A stretch of 64,000 bases of DNA from Vicugna vicugna. Taxonomy: Eukaryota. The notes beneath the pieces are model-generated. The model saw nothing but the letters and a program-made list of their open reading frames with translations, had not been told where the DNA came from and did no database searches. The position numbers were made by a program, and so were the translations under genes. Positions 24,181-36,340 of this stretch are shown piece by piece (the first letter of the stretch is position 1; the number at the start of each line of letters is the position of its first letter). Location: NCBI GenBank assembly GCA_013265495.1, contig MU057987.1, positions 372,001 to 436,000 on the forward strand, read 5' to 3'.

Positions 24181-26104
24181 CTTCCAATATCACAAATTAC
24201 AGAGATTGCTAAACTGGGGTTTACGCTGCCAAACTTGGAGCTGAAATAACATGGAGTTTCCTCACTCGGCAAAAATAACAAAAAAAGGGAAATCTTTTTG
24301 CCTCCAACTATAGAAGAGAAAATCGAAGGGACATGGGGCATGAAGAATCAGGATTGCTTGTGTCCCAGCAATTGTCCATGGCAAATCCACACCCCTAAAG
24401 TTAGCCTAGAAAGAGTGGTGTCTTTAAGGGTGGCAGGTGTCACTGTCTTCCCATACATATCAGTCTCGGCTGTTCTCTGAATCTACATCCAAAAAAAACT
24501 AGCACAATCAACATCGTTATCCGCAAACTGTTTCTTTACAGTATTATATTATTGGGTTCTTTTCTCCTAGAAAATGAGAAAAATGTGAGCAACTGTGAAA
24601 ATATGCCAGTGTCTCTGAGAGACAATTTACTAAAATAGAAAAGGGCCTAGAAAATGACTAGTCCTGAAGTGCTCGCCTGAAACTCAGAGGCAATCACTGA
24701 GTTACCAGAATGTGGCATTTGATTTTATTTATTTAACTTTATGAATTCATGACGATGGCTCTTTCACTGATGTTTTTGTTATACCCTTATCTTTTGGACC
24801 CCATTTCGTGATTTTTAAAATTTTTCGACCATCAAATTAATTTCCTTTTACCATCTTCCTGGACATGAAAAGAAAGGAATCATTTATCTATATCCTTGAA
24901 GGCTGAACATCCTGCCATATTTATTTCTGGAGCCTATCCATCTAGCATAGTCTATGGATATTTTTGACCCAAAAGAACTGCTACATTGACGTCTGCATAC
25001 ATATATACATCAACAGCCCTATTGGGGGCTGAAGTTAGACACCTGAGTATAACAAAGCAGGAGAAAACCGAGCATCATACTCTTTTAAAATTAAAGACGT
25101 GCTGTCCCTCATTCACTCAATGAAGAACTTTCATGGGTCCTCCACAATGTGCCAGACTATTAGACACTGGGGCTCCACAGAGAATCTCACAGTTTAATGA
25201 CAACTAAAGTAAAGAGAGAAAAGATTAACTAATTTAGTGGGTATTTTTCAATCCTCCTCTCTTTATTTCTCTCACACATCCTTTAATAGGACATTTATTC
25301 TTTGGTTTTATGAAACAAATATGCTTTTGCAGTTTGTTTAGGAGAACAAGGGATTAATTTTCTCCTTGGCCTCTGTTAAATGCAGGCAGATGTCAGGACT
25401 ATTGGCCGCTCCCTGTTAACAGGAGTCTGATATGAATTTAGCCAGCAAGCTTTTCCTAATTATTACTGCATCTCACACAGACCTGAGTCATAGAGTGGGT
25501 AGGTAAGTATTGTGACTTCTCTGCTGCCAAATAAAACTTTAAGGCTTGGTCATGACAAGACAGATTGCTAACCTTAACAATGAGAAATATGCGATTTGAA
25601 ATCCTTCGTTAGAAAAAAAAGAATAGTCGTGCTTTGAAAGGAACAGCCTCGTTAACAACTTTATACTAAAAACAAAAGCTGGAATCCACTATTAAAGAGA
25701 AACAAGAGAGGGATATAACCTTAAAAATATAACCCACTAATTATTTTCCCAGAAAGCACTAACTGAATGTAGTAAGGTCTGTAACTCAGATTTATTCTCC
25801 TAGCACATGGCACATATGTGCGACGTCATACCAGGAATACTAAATAATATTTGATTGCCTGGAATGTCTTCGATTGATTAAAGAACATACACTTCTCGCA
25901 GTTGCTTTTCGTGGAGTTCAAGGAGGATCTAAAAGATTCTCAGGAGCAGCAAGCATGCAGGCAATCTACTAATGTTCAGTATGTCCTCTAATGATTTTGT
26001 CAATATTTTCCCATTGTTTATTATGCCCCTATCTGACGATAATTTCAAAAACAGGTTATAAAAGCAGTTCCAGTTTGCCATATTGAGGTACAGAAAATGG
26101 AAGG

Positions 26105-26270
26105 GCAGACTATAATTTACATGCCTGGCACCATGCTTGACATTTACATATATTTTATAATTTAATATTCACAACAATCAAGAAAGTTAGGAATGATTAT
26201 ACCCACTTTCAACGTGAAGAAACTCAGTCCCAAAAAAGACTGTATAACTTGCCCCAAGAAACATAGTTAG
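26105..26270 (-). mobile_element. MIR SINE
   Basis: 'atgcctggcaccatgctt...tttaatattcacaacaatc...tgattatacccactttc...gaagaaactcag...taacttgcccc'. Confidence 0.75.
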
Positions 26271-28209
26271 AAATTGCTCTTTGAAAACCCCGTGAAAGCA
26301 AATCTGTGGAATACATCATGAATCGATTTGTTTTACAAAAGTGCAATAGCCGTGTACTTCCTGGAGAAAGTCCAATATTTTAATATCACATTTGTAGGTT
26401 TCTAGGATCTTAGATATCTTAGGTTTTAAGGTCTGCACCGCTGGTGGCTCTAAAAAGGGAGATAAAACTGAATGACACAAAATTGCACACAGCCTGGGGA
26501 CACAGCTTATTGACTCACACATCAACACAGCTGAACCCCTTGAGGCAGTTTCCATTTCCTCCTTTTTTCTTCCCAGGAACTTCTCTCTTGATCGGGGTCA
26601 TTCCCTGATTGAACCCAGGACTCTGCCCATCCCATTTTGTCTTCCTGCTATGTTAAAACAAGGAGGAAAAAAAACCCTTATATCCACGTCTCTCTAATGA
26701 TTGTGGCAGTGAAGCTGAGTCTATTCTGAGCAGACAATTAGAAGCAGGGCAAGTGGGCCTACTGATTGGCCATTTGGATAAGGACTCACTGCCCCCAAGG
26801 AGGAATTTACCAAACCAGTTTCTCAGGAATCATTTGCCCTTTGCCCCTTTTGTCTGGAGGGGGTAAATCAATTTCAATGAAATAATTTCAGTTCATCCTT
26901 CCTGCACGACTTATTTTGTTGCATGGATGCGAATCTTACCAGGTCAACCCCCAAATGGATTTCCTCATTCCTAAACCAGGATTCCGTCCTCTCCCACTGC
27001 CTTTTTCTTTTTTTTTCTTCTTTTACTAATAGAATTGTTCTAGCTAATTACTGGATTAGAAAACCTAAGACTGTATGAAAATATCCCTCATGGCCACGAA
27101 GGTTACAGTGAGGAAGAAGCGGGGTGCATGTGTGTGCTGATTACCATTGAAGGACAAAAGTCTTTTTGAAAATTGGGCTCCTCTCCAGCAACAAGCCCTT
27201 ATAATGAATCTCCACCCATAGAGATTAAAAGGCTTCAGGGCTGTACAAATAACAATAAACAGATCAGAAACTGTTAAAAGCAGAAGACAGATAAACCCAA
27301 TGAGAAACCTTCAGAGGGAAGCAGATAAGCGATGCATCAGAGGGAGAATGTCAGCGAAGCTATTTCGCTCCGAATGCTGTTTTTTTTTTCTCTCTCTCTT
27401 CAAGAAAAGAGAAAGCAGTGATTAGAAACAGAAAATTTGCGTGCATTTTAAACAGAAAGAATGAGCCCTGTTGAAGACATATCTGCCGGCCAGACTCTTG
27501 TCCCTGGGAATTTGGGGCTTATTTCGCATCTAACCCTGTGCCATCACCGCCTGCCCTTATCTTTTTTTAAAAGTTGGGACTGGAAAATAGACGGCAGTCA
27601 GGTAGAAAAGTAAATGTTAAACGGAGGAACAAATTTAAAATGAGAGAAAATGCGTGGTTGGAACACTCAGATTCAAAGTTGGGCCTTTGAATAACAACAG
27701 ATAAAATGGTGATTTATTTAATATTGCCTCACTCAGGTCAGAGAGGTGGCCACGTGCAAAAAGAACACACTGCCAAGTATTTCCGCTCAGTAAGCCACCC
27801 ATGTCGGGCAGCACCAGAGCTCGGCCTCTCTTTAACTCACCTCCTCAGAGTCTCGATTGTTTAAGAAAAATATGAAATAATTCCCTGATGTCGATACATG
27901 TTGTTTCTCCCCCTCAACATCAACACTTGCTTTTAATACAGCTTGAGTGCCTGACTCCTTCTTTAACCCCATTATTGAGGTCTAACTGACATATCACAAC
28001 TGTTGATGAAAAATTAATCAGTCAATCCAAGAAAGAAATGGAAAATTTAAGAAAAGAAAAGCCAAACTTGAGGATTAAAACCATAACCAGGGATACACAA
28101 TCCAGATCTAAGTGCCATGTGACCCCTTCTAAGATCAAGAAGGAATAGTATCTTAAAGGAGGTGTCTTATTGCCATTGAGGTCATTAGGCTCCACGAAAT
28201 AACCCAACC

Positions 28210-30170
28210 ACAAAATGACAAATGCTTTATAATGTCACTTATATGAGACACATAGAGTAGTCAGAATCACAGAAAGTATAATGGTGGTTGCCAGGTACTG
28301 GAAAAGTGGGGCATGAGGAGTTATTATTTAATCAGAGTGGAGTTTCAGTTTTACAAAATAAAGAGTTCTCTACATGGATGGTGGGGATCGGTGCACAACA
28401 TTATGAATATATTTAACACCTTGAACTATATACTTAAAAAATAGTTAAGATGGTAAATTTTATGTTGTGTATATTTTACTGCAATAAAAATAAGAAAAAA
28501 GAAAGGAATAACTAGAAAACTCTATGTGACTTATGTGATTAAAAATTAACAAGCATTCTTTTTATAACTGCTGGAAATACGAACTGAAATAGCTTCTTTG
28601 GAAAGTTGGCGTTATCTAGCTAGGTTGAAAATGTTTATATCCAATGGTCCCACAATTCCAGTTATAAGTATATCTTAGAGGAATCCTTGCATTTGTGTGA
28701 TAAAAAGCATACTCTAGACTGTTTGAAACAGTAGATATTGTGCTAATAAAAAAATAAAAAGAATCCAAATGCCCATCAACAGTAGAATGGATAAATTGTG
28801 GTATATCTTAGAATGGAATACTACACAAAAGTGATAAATAACTGAATTTTATCTATACCAAAAATCCCCCAAAATTAATCATTAAAATTGATATGATACT
28901 AAAACTCATGTGGAAAAACACTAAGAGAAAAACTGTAGGGAAAACCATCTCTACTAGACATTGAAACATAGAAAGATTCTATAATTATGGACTCAGTACA
29001 TTTCCACTATGCTGCTCTGCTCTCTGCTAAAGAGTCTATAATTACACCATCATGGTACTGGTGCGTGACTAGACAGACCAGTAGAATAAAATATATAGCC
29101 CCAAAATAGATTAAAATACATACACAAATTCAGTATGTGATAAAGGTGGCATTTCAAATCACTGGGACAAGATTGACTTTATAATAAATGGTGCCAAGAT
29201 AACTGTTTAGCAACTTGGAAAAAGATACAAGTAGATCTGTATCTCACCCTGTGCACAAAAATAAACTCCAAACGGTTTAGGTATTTACATGTAAAAAAAT
29301 CAAACCATACAACTACAAGAATAAAACATGGGTAAATGAATCTTTAACTTCAGAGTAAATGAAGGCTTTCTAACTATGCCTCAAAATACAGAGGGAATAA
29401 AAAAAAAGATTAAGTTTGACCACATAAAAAATGGAAATTTCAAGGGGCCCAAATATCAAAAATTAATTCAAAAGACAACTGAACAACTAGGAGAAAATAT
29501 TTGCATAAGGACAAAGGACTAAATTCTTAATTTAGAAAGAACTCAAAAATTGAGGGACAAAGGAATAAATCCTCACAGAAAATTCTGCAAAAGACAAAAA
29601 ATAAACAATTCAAACAAAAAAGGAAATGAAATAGTCTTGAAACATAGGGGAAAATATCATAGTGAGATATACAAGTTGAAGTGCAATGTAAGATCCTGGT
29701 TTGGGACTTGGAACAGAAAAGAGCTTCGCTGGAAAAAATGATGAGATTTGAAAAGGTCTGCAGGTAAGAGCACTTTTCCCATGTCAGTTTCCTGGTTTTG
29801 ATAATTGAACTACGCAAGATGGGAACCTTAGCGGAAGCTGCCTGAAGAATATATTACATAGAAAGTCTTTGTGGTACTTTTGTAACATTTTGGTGAATAA
29901 TTTCTAAACTGAAAAAATTTAAAAACTATGTATTTAAGGTCACACCATTTTGGGGAACACTAGTAAAAATCATGAGGGAATAGTAAGTCTAAAATACAGG
30001 CTAGTGGTAACATCGGAGGGTGACAGGATGGGAAATGGATTGGGAAGGGACCCTCAGGGGACATCAATGATAATTTTAATATTATCGTTCTTTGAGTGGG
30101 TATGAATACATGAGTGTTCATTGTAGCATATTGTACCTTTTTATATTTGATTTTTTTTAATTAATGGAAA
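28210..30170 (+). mobile_element. Cluster of nested old L1 fragments (L1MB-like 3' UTR, ORF2 remnants, L1MC/ME-like ends)
   Basis: 'tggtggttgccagg...gttaagatggtaaattttatgttgtgtatatttt', 'ccaaatgcccatcaacagtagaatggataaattgtgg' and 'tgataaaggtggcatttcaaatcactggg'. Confidence 0.85.
28988..29028 (-). pseudogene. Tailless retrocopy of the 5' half of initiator tRNA-Met
   Basis: The minus strand of 29021-28985 matches tRNA-iMet nt 1-37 at 27/37 positions with no gaps, and all mismatches are transitions. 16-bp TSD at 28972-28987 / 29029-29044. Confidence 0.7.
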
Positions 30171-32529
30171 GTATTTAATAAATGCAAATATGTGAGATTT
30201 TGGTAGAAATATAAAGAATTTACACTGGAAACAGGCTTTTTGCTGCAATTTGGTTGCACGGCATTAAATCAAAACACTCCTAAAAAGGCCTTTTGATGTT
30301 ACAATTTAAAGCGTTAATTTTGCTTACTCCTCCATCTGTAGGTCCCTAAAGTGAGCTGGCTTGCATTGGAATATAGTAAAATCCTGGCAGTAATGCAGTT
30401 CACTTCTGTGCACGGTATCAATGGAGAAAGGGGAACAGTTGGAACATTTGCCTTTGGATACAATTTTAAGAAGAGCAAATGGAAGAGACTACTTATTGGC
30501 ACAAACGGAGAAAAATCCCCCTGCAGTGAGTCTCCAGATACCCAATTAAGACAAAATTAAATCATGCAAATATTGATCCAGCTAAATTTGCCAGGGGTAA
30601 GTCACATTATCAGTCAGCTTTCTTTATATCAAATAGCAAGGAACTGCGGAAAAGCCAAAAAATGTTTTTTATATATTCTTTTAAATCAAGGGGAAAATAA
30701 TAATAGCGAAGAACACACCTCATTTCACTTTTATTTCTCGCGTTGGTTATCGACTTGTAGTTTTGCTTATTATGACCAATTACATGTAAAATGTCACTAT
30801 TTGCCAGGTGTTTAGCACTATCGTAGGTAATGCTTTACTCTCAAGGAGCTGGCAATTTTGTTTGAATAAGATACACACAATTTAGGTAATTTGAACCGAG
30901 CTCGGTGCATAAAATAGACAGCAAAATATCCATGAGAACCCCATCAGTACGGGGGCTCTGTGAGTCCTAGAAAATCCCCATTAGCAATTGCACTGATCAA
31001 AGTAGTTGGCTATACTTTCATCACTGACTGAAATCACTCTTTGGAGAACTTCATCCAATTGTTGTAGGAAAACACGTATTTAATTCCACAAGTGTGCTCG
31101 AATGAACGCCGAGTCTGAATTTCTTTAGTGAGTTTTTTTTTCTTTAAGGCTAAAGTCTCCAAAAGCAAAACTTTGCATTAAAATTTTTTGCAATAAAGCA
31201 AACTCAAAATAAAAATTCCTCCATAAGAAAGGTGCAATTCGTCATGAATTTGCTTAATATCGTCTACATTGTTGAAGTCATTATTCCAAGTGGTTAGCCA
31301 TAATCGGACAGGTATGTCTGGTGAGGAAAGTGGCCAATCTATTTCAAGTCTACCAAATTTTACATGTCTGTGTAAGTATAGACCACATCAAAGCAGTCAC
31401 TTTTTGGAGGTCACATTTACCGCTGATGCTGACTCTTGACCAAAACACTTTGCAATTCCTCTTTCGGAATTGCTCTCAGGGCTTTCAACAAATTCAGGAC
31501 AATCCTCAATTAAGAGAAGCTTAATCCTTTGACAATGGATTTGATTTTTGAAAAGAGAGCTATGTGGAGTTCAGGACAGTGAAAAGAAAAATGGGTGATG
31601 AATTGCGTTTGTAGGATTCTGGGAGAAAAATGAGGCATGATTGATTATGAAGGATGGCTCCACGACACTTCTGAATGGATTTTGCATAAATGGCATCTCC
31701 ATTAAAATGAGCAAATAAACTTCCAAAGAATCTATTTTGCAGAACAATATTCTTTTTTTTTATTTTTGCATTAGTTATGATACTACTGGCATTTAAACAA
31801 ACAGGACGTTATAATTCCTTGCAGTTCATCCTGGGAACAGGTTAGGGTTTGTTGTCCTGGGGTCAGAGGAGACTTGCAGGCAACGCTGACAAGCGGTTCT
31901 GTCTCTGCCAGGCTCGGGCTCTTCCCTGGAAGTCACTCCAGCACTGCCACCACCATGGAGCGCTGCCCAGAGTTCCCGTCTCTTCTTCTAGATTGGGCGG
32001 ACCGCAGAAGGCTGAGGTCACCTTTTCTGTCTTCACAGAGCCTGCAGCCTACACTGAAGGAAGCCAGAAACCGAGCCTGTTTCAAAGAGTTGGAGTAGAT
32101 GATGCTGAAAGTCACAGGTCACCCATCCCCACAACCTGCCAATTTGTGGGAATTTGATTAAAATAAAAATGGAAAACGTGTTCATTGAAGGAAGAGATAC
32201 AGCCGAGAGACGTGTTGGGGTGGAGCAAGGGTTATTTTCACCCAAAGAAGCTAACTGTATGAACACAGACCTCAGTTTCTATTGAGGGAATCAGTTGGCA
32301 GAAGGTTTTCCTCTCCTGTCCCGATTTGCCTCAGGCTTCCCCTTCCCGAATCTTCCCAGTCCGACCTGGCTGTCCCCCGCTGGGGCCCCCATGGTACTCA
32401 GGGCAGGGCAGCTGACAGCTCCAGTTAGTCATCATGTCCTGACTTCTCTCCTTCCTCTCTTCTGCACTCTTTTCTAAACATAAAGGCCAGTGTCTCTCCT
32501 TTAGATTTTCATATTTCTCCCTCATTACT

Positions 32530-32710
32530 TTTCAGGCAGTTAGGAAGGAGGTTAAGTGCACAAGCTTGAATCCAGCCTAAGTCCTTAAATAGCCTTTTGA
32601 TCTGCCTCACAGAAGTGTTATGAGGATTGGATGAGTTTGTGCACCAAAGCATGGAGCACGGTGCTTGGTTCAGAACGGGCTCTTAGTGAATGTTCGTTAT
32701 CATTATGATT
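32530..32710 (+). mobile_element. MIR fragment
   Basis: 'tgcctcacagaagtgttatgaggattggatgag...aaagcatggagcacggtgcttgg...aatgttcgttatcattat'. Confidence 0.7.
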
Positions 32711-33574
32711 AACTCTTTATTTTCACTGTGCTCAGCAAGCACAACGCCCAGTGCCACCGCCGTACAGTCCCCTCATGACACGTATTCAAGGTCCCGCCCT
32801 CTTTGGCTTTGCACTCAGGCCTGAGAGGAGGAGGAAAGAAGAATGTCTGTCACCTTCCAGGACTTTTATCTGGAAACCCCTTTATCTCTTTCACTGTGGG
32901 GATTTCCCCCAGGCTCTTTTGTCCTCTATTTCAGAGCTGATTTTCCCTCCCTTTTGTGTTACATTTGCTTCTAAAGGGGGGTAGAGTTGCCCTATTTACA
33001 AGAGGAGCTATCACCATGGTAACTTGGTATTTTGATACAGGCAGGAAACAATTCCCAAGGAAAAATAGGTCCCTTATTTTTCAACTTTAGCATGTAGATA
33101 TATGGGAATCAAAGTACTTGCCCAACAGTCTATAGCTGGTTCAAATGTCAAAGCAAAGAAACAAGTTTTATTGATATTTTAAATAAGTACTGAGCAACCC
33201 CAGCACGCTATCAATCGAGGAGAACATTCTCACAATTAATTTCTGCCTCTCAGGCGCTGATGCTTGCAGACAACATGGCATACACTTTGGTGAACTCATT
33301 CTCTGAATGAAAACATTGGTACCCATGGTCAGACAAAGAGTTGTAGTGTTCGCTCAAATTGCAGAAAGGCGTTGAAGGCATTGAAAAGGCAGTGAAAGAT
33401 GTCATTTGGAGTTTCTGGGATATTTTGGTCGTTTATTGAGAGGGAACAAGACAGAGAATTTGAAAGTAAGCCTGTTCTTAACTGTCAGAGGAACATGGTT
33501 GCTGTGTATAGAACTTACCCGCTGTGTGTAGAACTTACGCACCGTGCATGGAACCAGGAATGGGCTGGTTTTGA

Positions 33575-33800
33575 TTACTGAATGCCTACTGTGTTCTAGG
33601 CTTCCTACTATGAGCTGCTGACATAGGTCTGAGTAAACTGTCACTCCTGCCTTTGGCACTCTTCATTTGGAGGAGACAAATACTTACAGCACAATGTGAT
33701 GTCTCTATAAAGATAGCTACAGTATGCTATGGGAGAAGAGAGTGAAGGAAGATTAAATTCAAAGAGCTGAATTTTGAACTGTATTTTTAAGGGTGTCTGG
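33575..33800 (-). mobile_element. L2 3' end fragment
   Basis: 'tactgaatgcctactgtgttctagg...ctcctgccttt...ggaggagacaaat'. Confidence 0.6.
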
Positions 33801-34479
33801 AGATGAAATCAGAGGCAAGAGACTCTGCTTCAGTTAGATCCTGGAGACATGACTGTATAGTGTCTCTCCAGAACATGAACCACTTTTAGTCCCTCTACCA
33901 AGCATAACCTTGACCTTGGCATAATCCAATAGCCTAGGTGTTCCTAGGACCAGGCTTGCAGACAGACCCTGTGCGAATTCCCATGCTGAGCTATTTCCAG
34001 TTTGCCAAATGTGTCATCTTTTTTCTCACCTTTGCTCATTTTGTTTCATCTGTCTGAAATCTTGCTGCATGCTGTCTCTGCCTCTCCCTACCCTACAGGC
34101 ATGCCTCCTCTTACCAACTTTTGTTGGCCCTCAAGCCTTAGCTTTGATGGTTCTTCTTGGGAAAACCACTGCTGATGCCCAGAGTGGGCGAAAGTTCCTA
34201 CTGGCTGCTGCGGTCTTCTCCAGTTCCCCTTCCATCGGTGCTTATCAAAGTGCTTTGTCATGGCCTGTTTTCTGCTCTGACTCATTCAGTTTCACTCACT
34301 CCTTTCACTCAGTTCACTAGGAAGCCATCAGTGGTGTTCCGTTTTTTAGTCCCAGAACCTAACTTCGTTTTCATTAAACACACGTACAAATGAATAAAGT
34401 GAGACGTTGTCTATTGTAACTGCCCAACGATAGAAAGAATAATGATAATAATGTTTTCTTGGATTTGTTATAGAGGGTC

Positions 34480-35735
34480 TGCCTGCAAGATATCTTGAGT
34501 TTTTTTGGTCATTTAATTATTGAGTTCTAAGAGTTAACTCTTCTGTATACAAATTCTTTGTCTAAATATTTTGAAAACATTTCTTCAAGGCTGAAGTTTA
34601 CCTATACATTTTCTTTTCTTTTGGGCTAATTAAATATTTTAAAATATGATAGTTTAATTTCTCTATTGGCTTTCTAAGGATTATGTACAAATCTTAAAAT
34701 GATCACTCAAGTTTACTTAGAATTACTGTTGTACTAGTTCACCTAAACTGTAAGAAATTGCAACTACATAATTTCATTTACCAATTCAATCTTTTGTCTT
34801 AATGTTTCTTATATCTTAAGTTGACATGTAAGCTCTACTGTACACTGTTATAATGTTTACAATTATCTTTTAAGTAAGGTGAAGAAAAATACATAATGTT
34901 CTCTGTTTACTTCAATGGATCATTGCCAGTGTTTTTCATTTTGTCCAGTACATCTGAACTGACACTGATGTCTTTTCTTCAGCCTGAAGAACTCCCTGCA
35001 ACATATTTTGTAGTGCAGATCTGATGGAGAAAATGTGTTCATTTTTATCTTAAAATGGTAACCCTTCATTTTTGAAAAGTATTTCTAACTGGATATAGAG
35101 TTCTCGATTGCCTAAGTTTATTTTTCAGCAATTTAAAGATGATTCATTGTCTTCTGGCTGTCATCGTTTTCGAAGAAAAGTTGACTATAATTTCTGTCTT
35201 TGTATAAAACGTGTCATTTTTCTCTAGCTGTTTTCAAAGTTTTTCTCTTTATTATTGTTTTATCATGATCTGTATAGATGTAGCTTGTGTGTGTGTTTAA
35301 CCAGCTTAGGATACCCTGAGCTTTTTGGTTCTATAAGTTGTACTTTTTTTCAAACCAAATTTGGAAAATATTCTGCCCGTTTCTTCCTCTCCTCTCCTCC
35401 TAGGGCTTCAGTAACATCTGTTAGACCACTTGGTATTGTCTCACATGCCCCTGAAGCTCTACTTTAATTTTCAAAATCTATTTTCTCTCTGTTCTGTGGA
35501 TTCTAAACTCTCTGCTGATTTATACTTAAGTTCCCTGACACCTCTGGTATCTAGAATTTGCTGTAAATCCATCAGGACAGTTGTCATTTTAGACACTGTA
35601 TCTTTAACTTTGAAATTTCCATCTCGTTTCTCTTCAGTTTTCAGCTGTTAATTTATCATTACCATATTTTCCTTTAAAGTCATTAACATACTTCTAATCG
35701 CTGCTTTAAGGTCCTTCTTCAGTAATTCTGACATT
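34480..35735 (-). mobile_element. Old L1 fragment
   Basis: 'tcttcagcctgaagaactccc...ttgtagtgcagatctgatgg', 'ccttcatttttgaaaagtattt...ggatatagagttct' and 'caaatttggaaaatattctgcc'. Confidence 0.8.
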
Positions 35736-36044
35736 TCAGGAGGCTTTGAGGAAGTGTGACTACAGCCCAATATTTGTAGAGAAGCTTCTAAAGGCAGATA
35801 TTTAGCTGTGAATTTGATGTCATATTTCATCTCCCTAACCTACTAGTAAAAGGGAAAGAAGCCACTTTTGAAAAAAAAAGATATTTTGATAATTTCAAAT
35901 GCTGAATTATATACAATTTGGGAAGGTTTATATAATACGATATCTGTTTCTGAAGTGAAGATAAGGAATAAATCACTTTGAAAATGACCACTTTCCAAGC
36001 TCTCTCTTTTTCTTGAAGAAATAGTGTAATAATAATTAAAATGG

Positions 36045-36340
36045 CAGGGGCTAACATCTGAATTGTTACTGTATATTTAAGATACTGTTCAAAGTACCTC
36101 ATACATATTAACTCACTTAATACTCACAACAGTGCTATGAAATGTGTATGATTATTAATATCTCTATTTCCAGGTTGAGGACATTGACACTTAGGCACAA
36201 TGAATATATGTATGTTCATGTATAACTGAAAAATTGTGCTCTACACTGGAATTTGACGCAACATTGTAAAATGACTATTACTCAATAAAAAATGTTTAAA
36301 AAAAAAGGAACTTAGGCAGGATAAGCTGAAGGTATTCTAT
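36045..36340 (-). mobile_element. MIR split by a young L1 insertion
   Basis: 'ctaacatctgaattgttactg...tattaactcacttaatactcacaacagtgctatgaaat...caggttgaggacattga'. Confidence 0.7.
36198..36309 (+). mobile_element. 5'-truncated young (camelid-type) L1 3' end
   Basis: 'tatatgtatgttcatgtataactgaaaaattgtgctctacactggaatttgac.caacattgtaaaatgacta..actcaataaaaa' plus an A tail. TSD acttaggca at 36189-36197 / 36310-36318. Confidence 0.85.
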
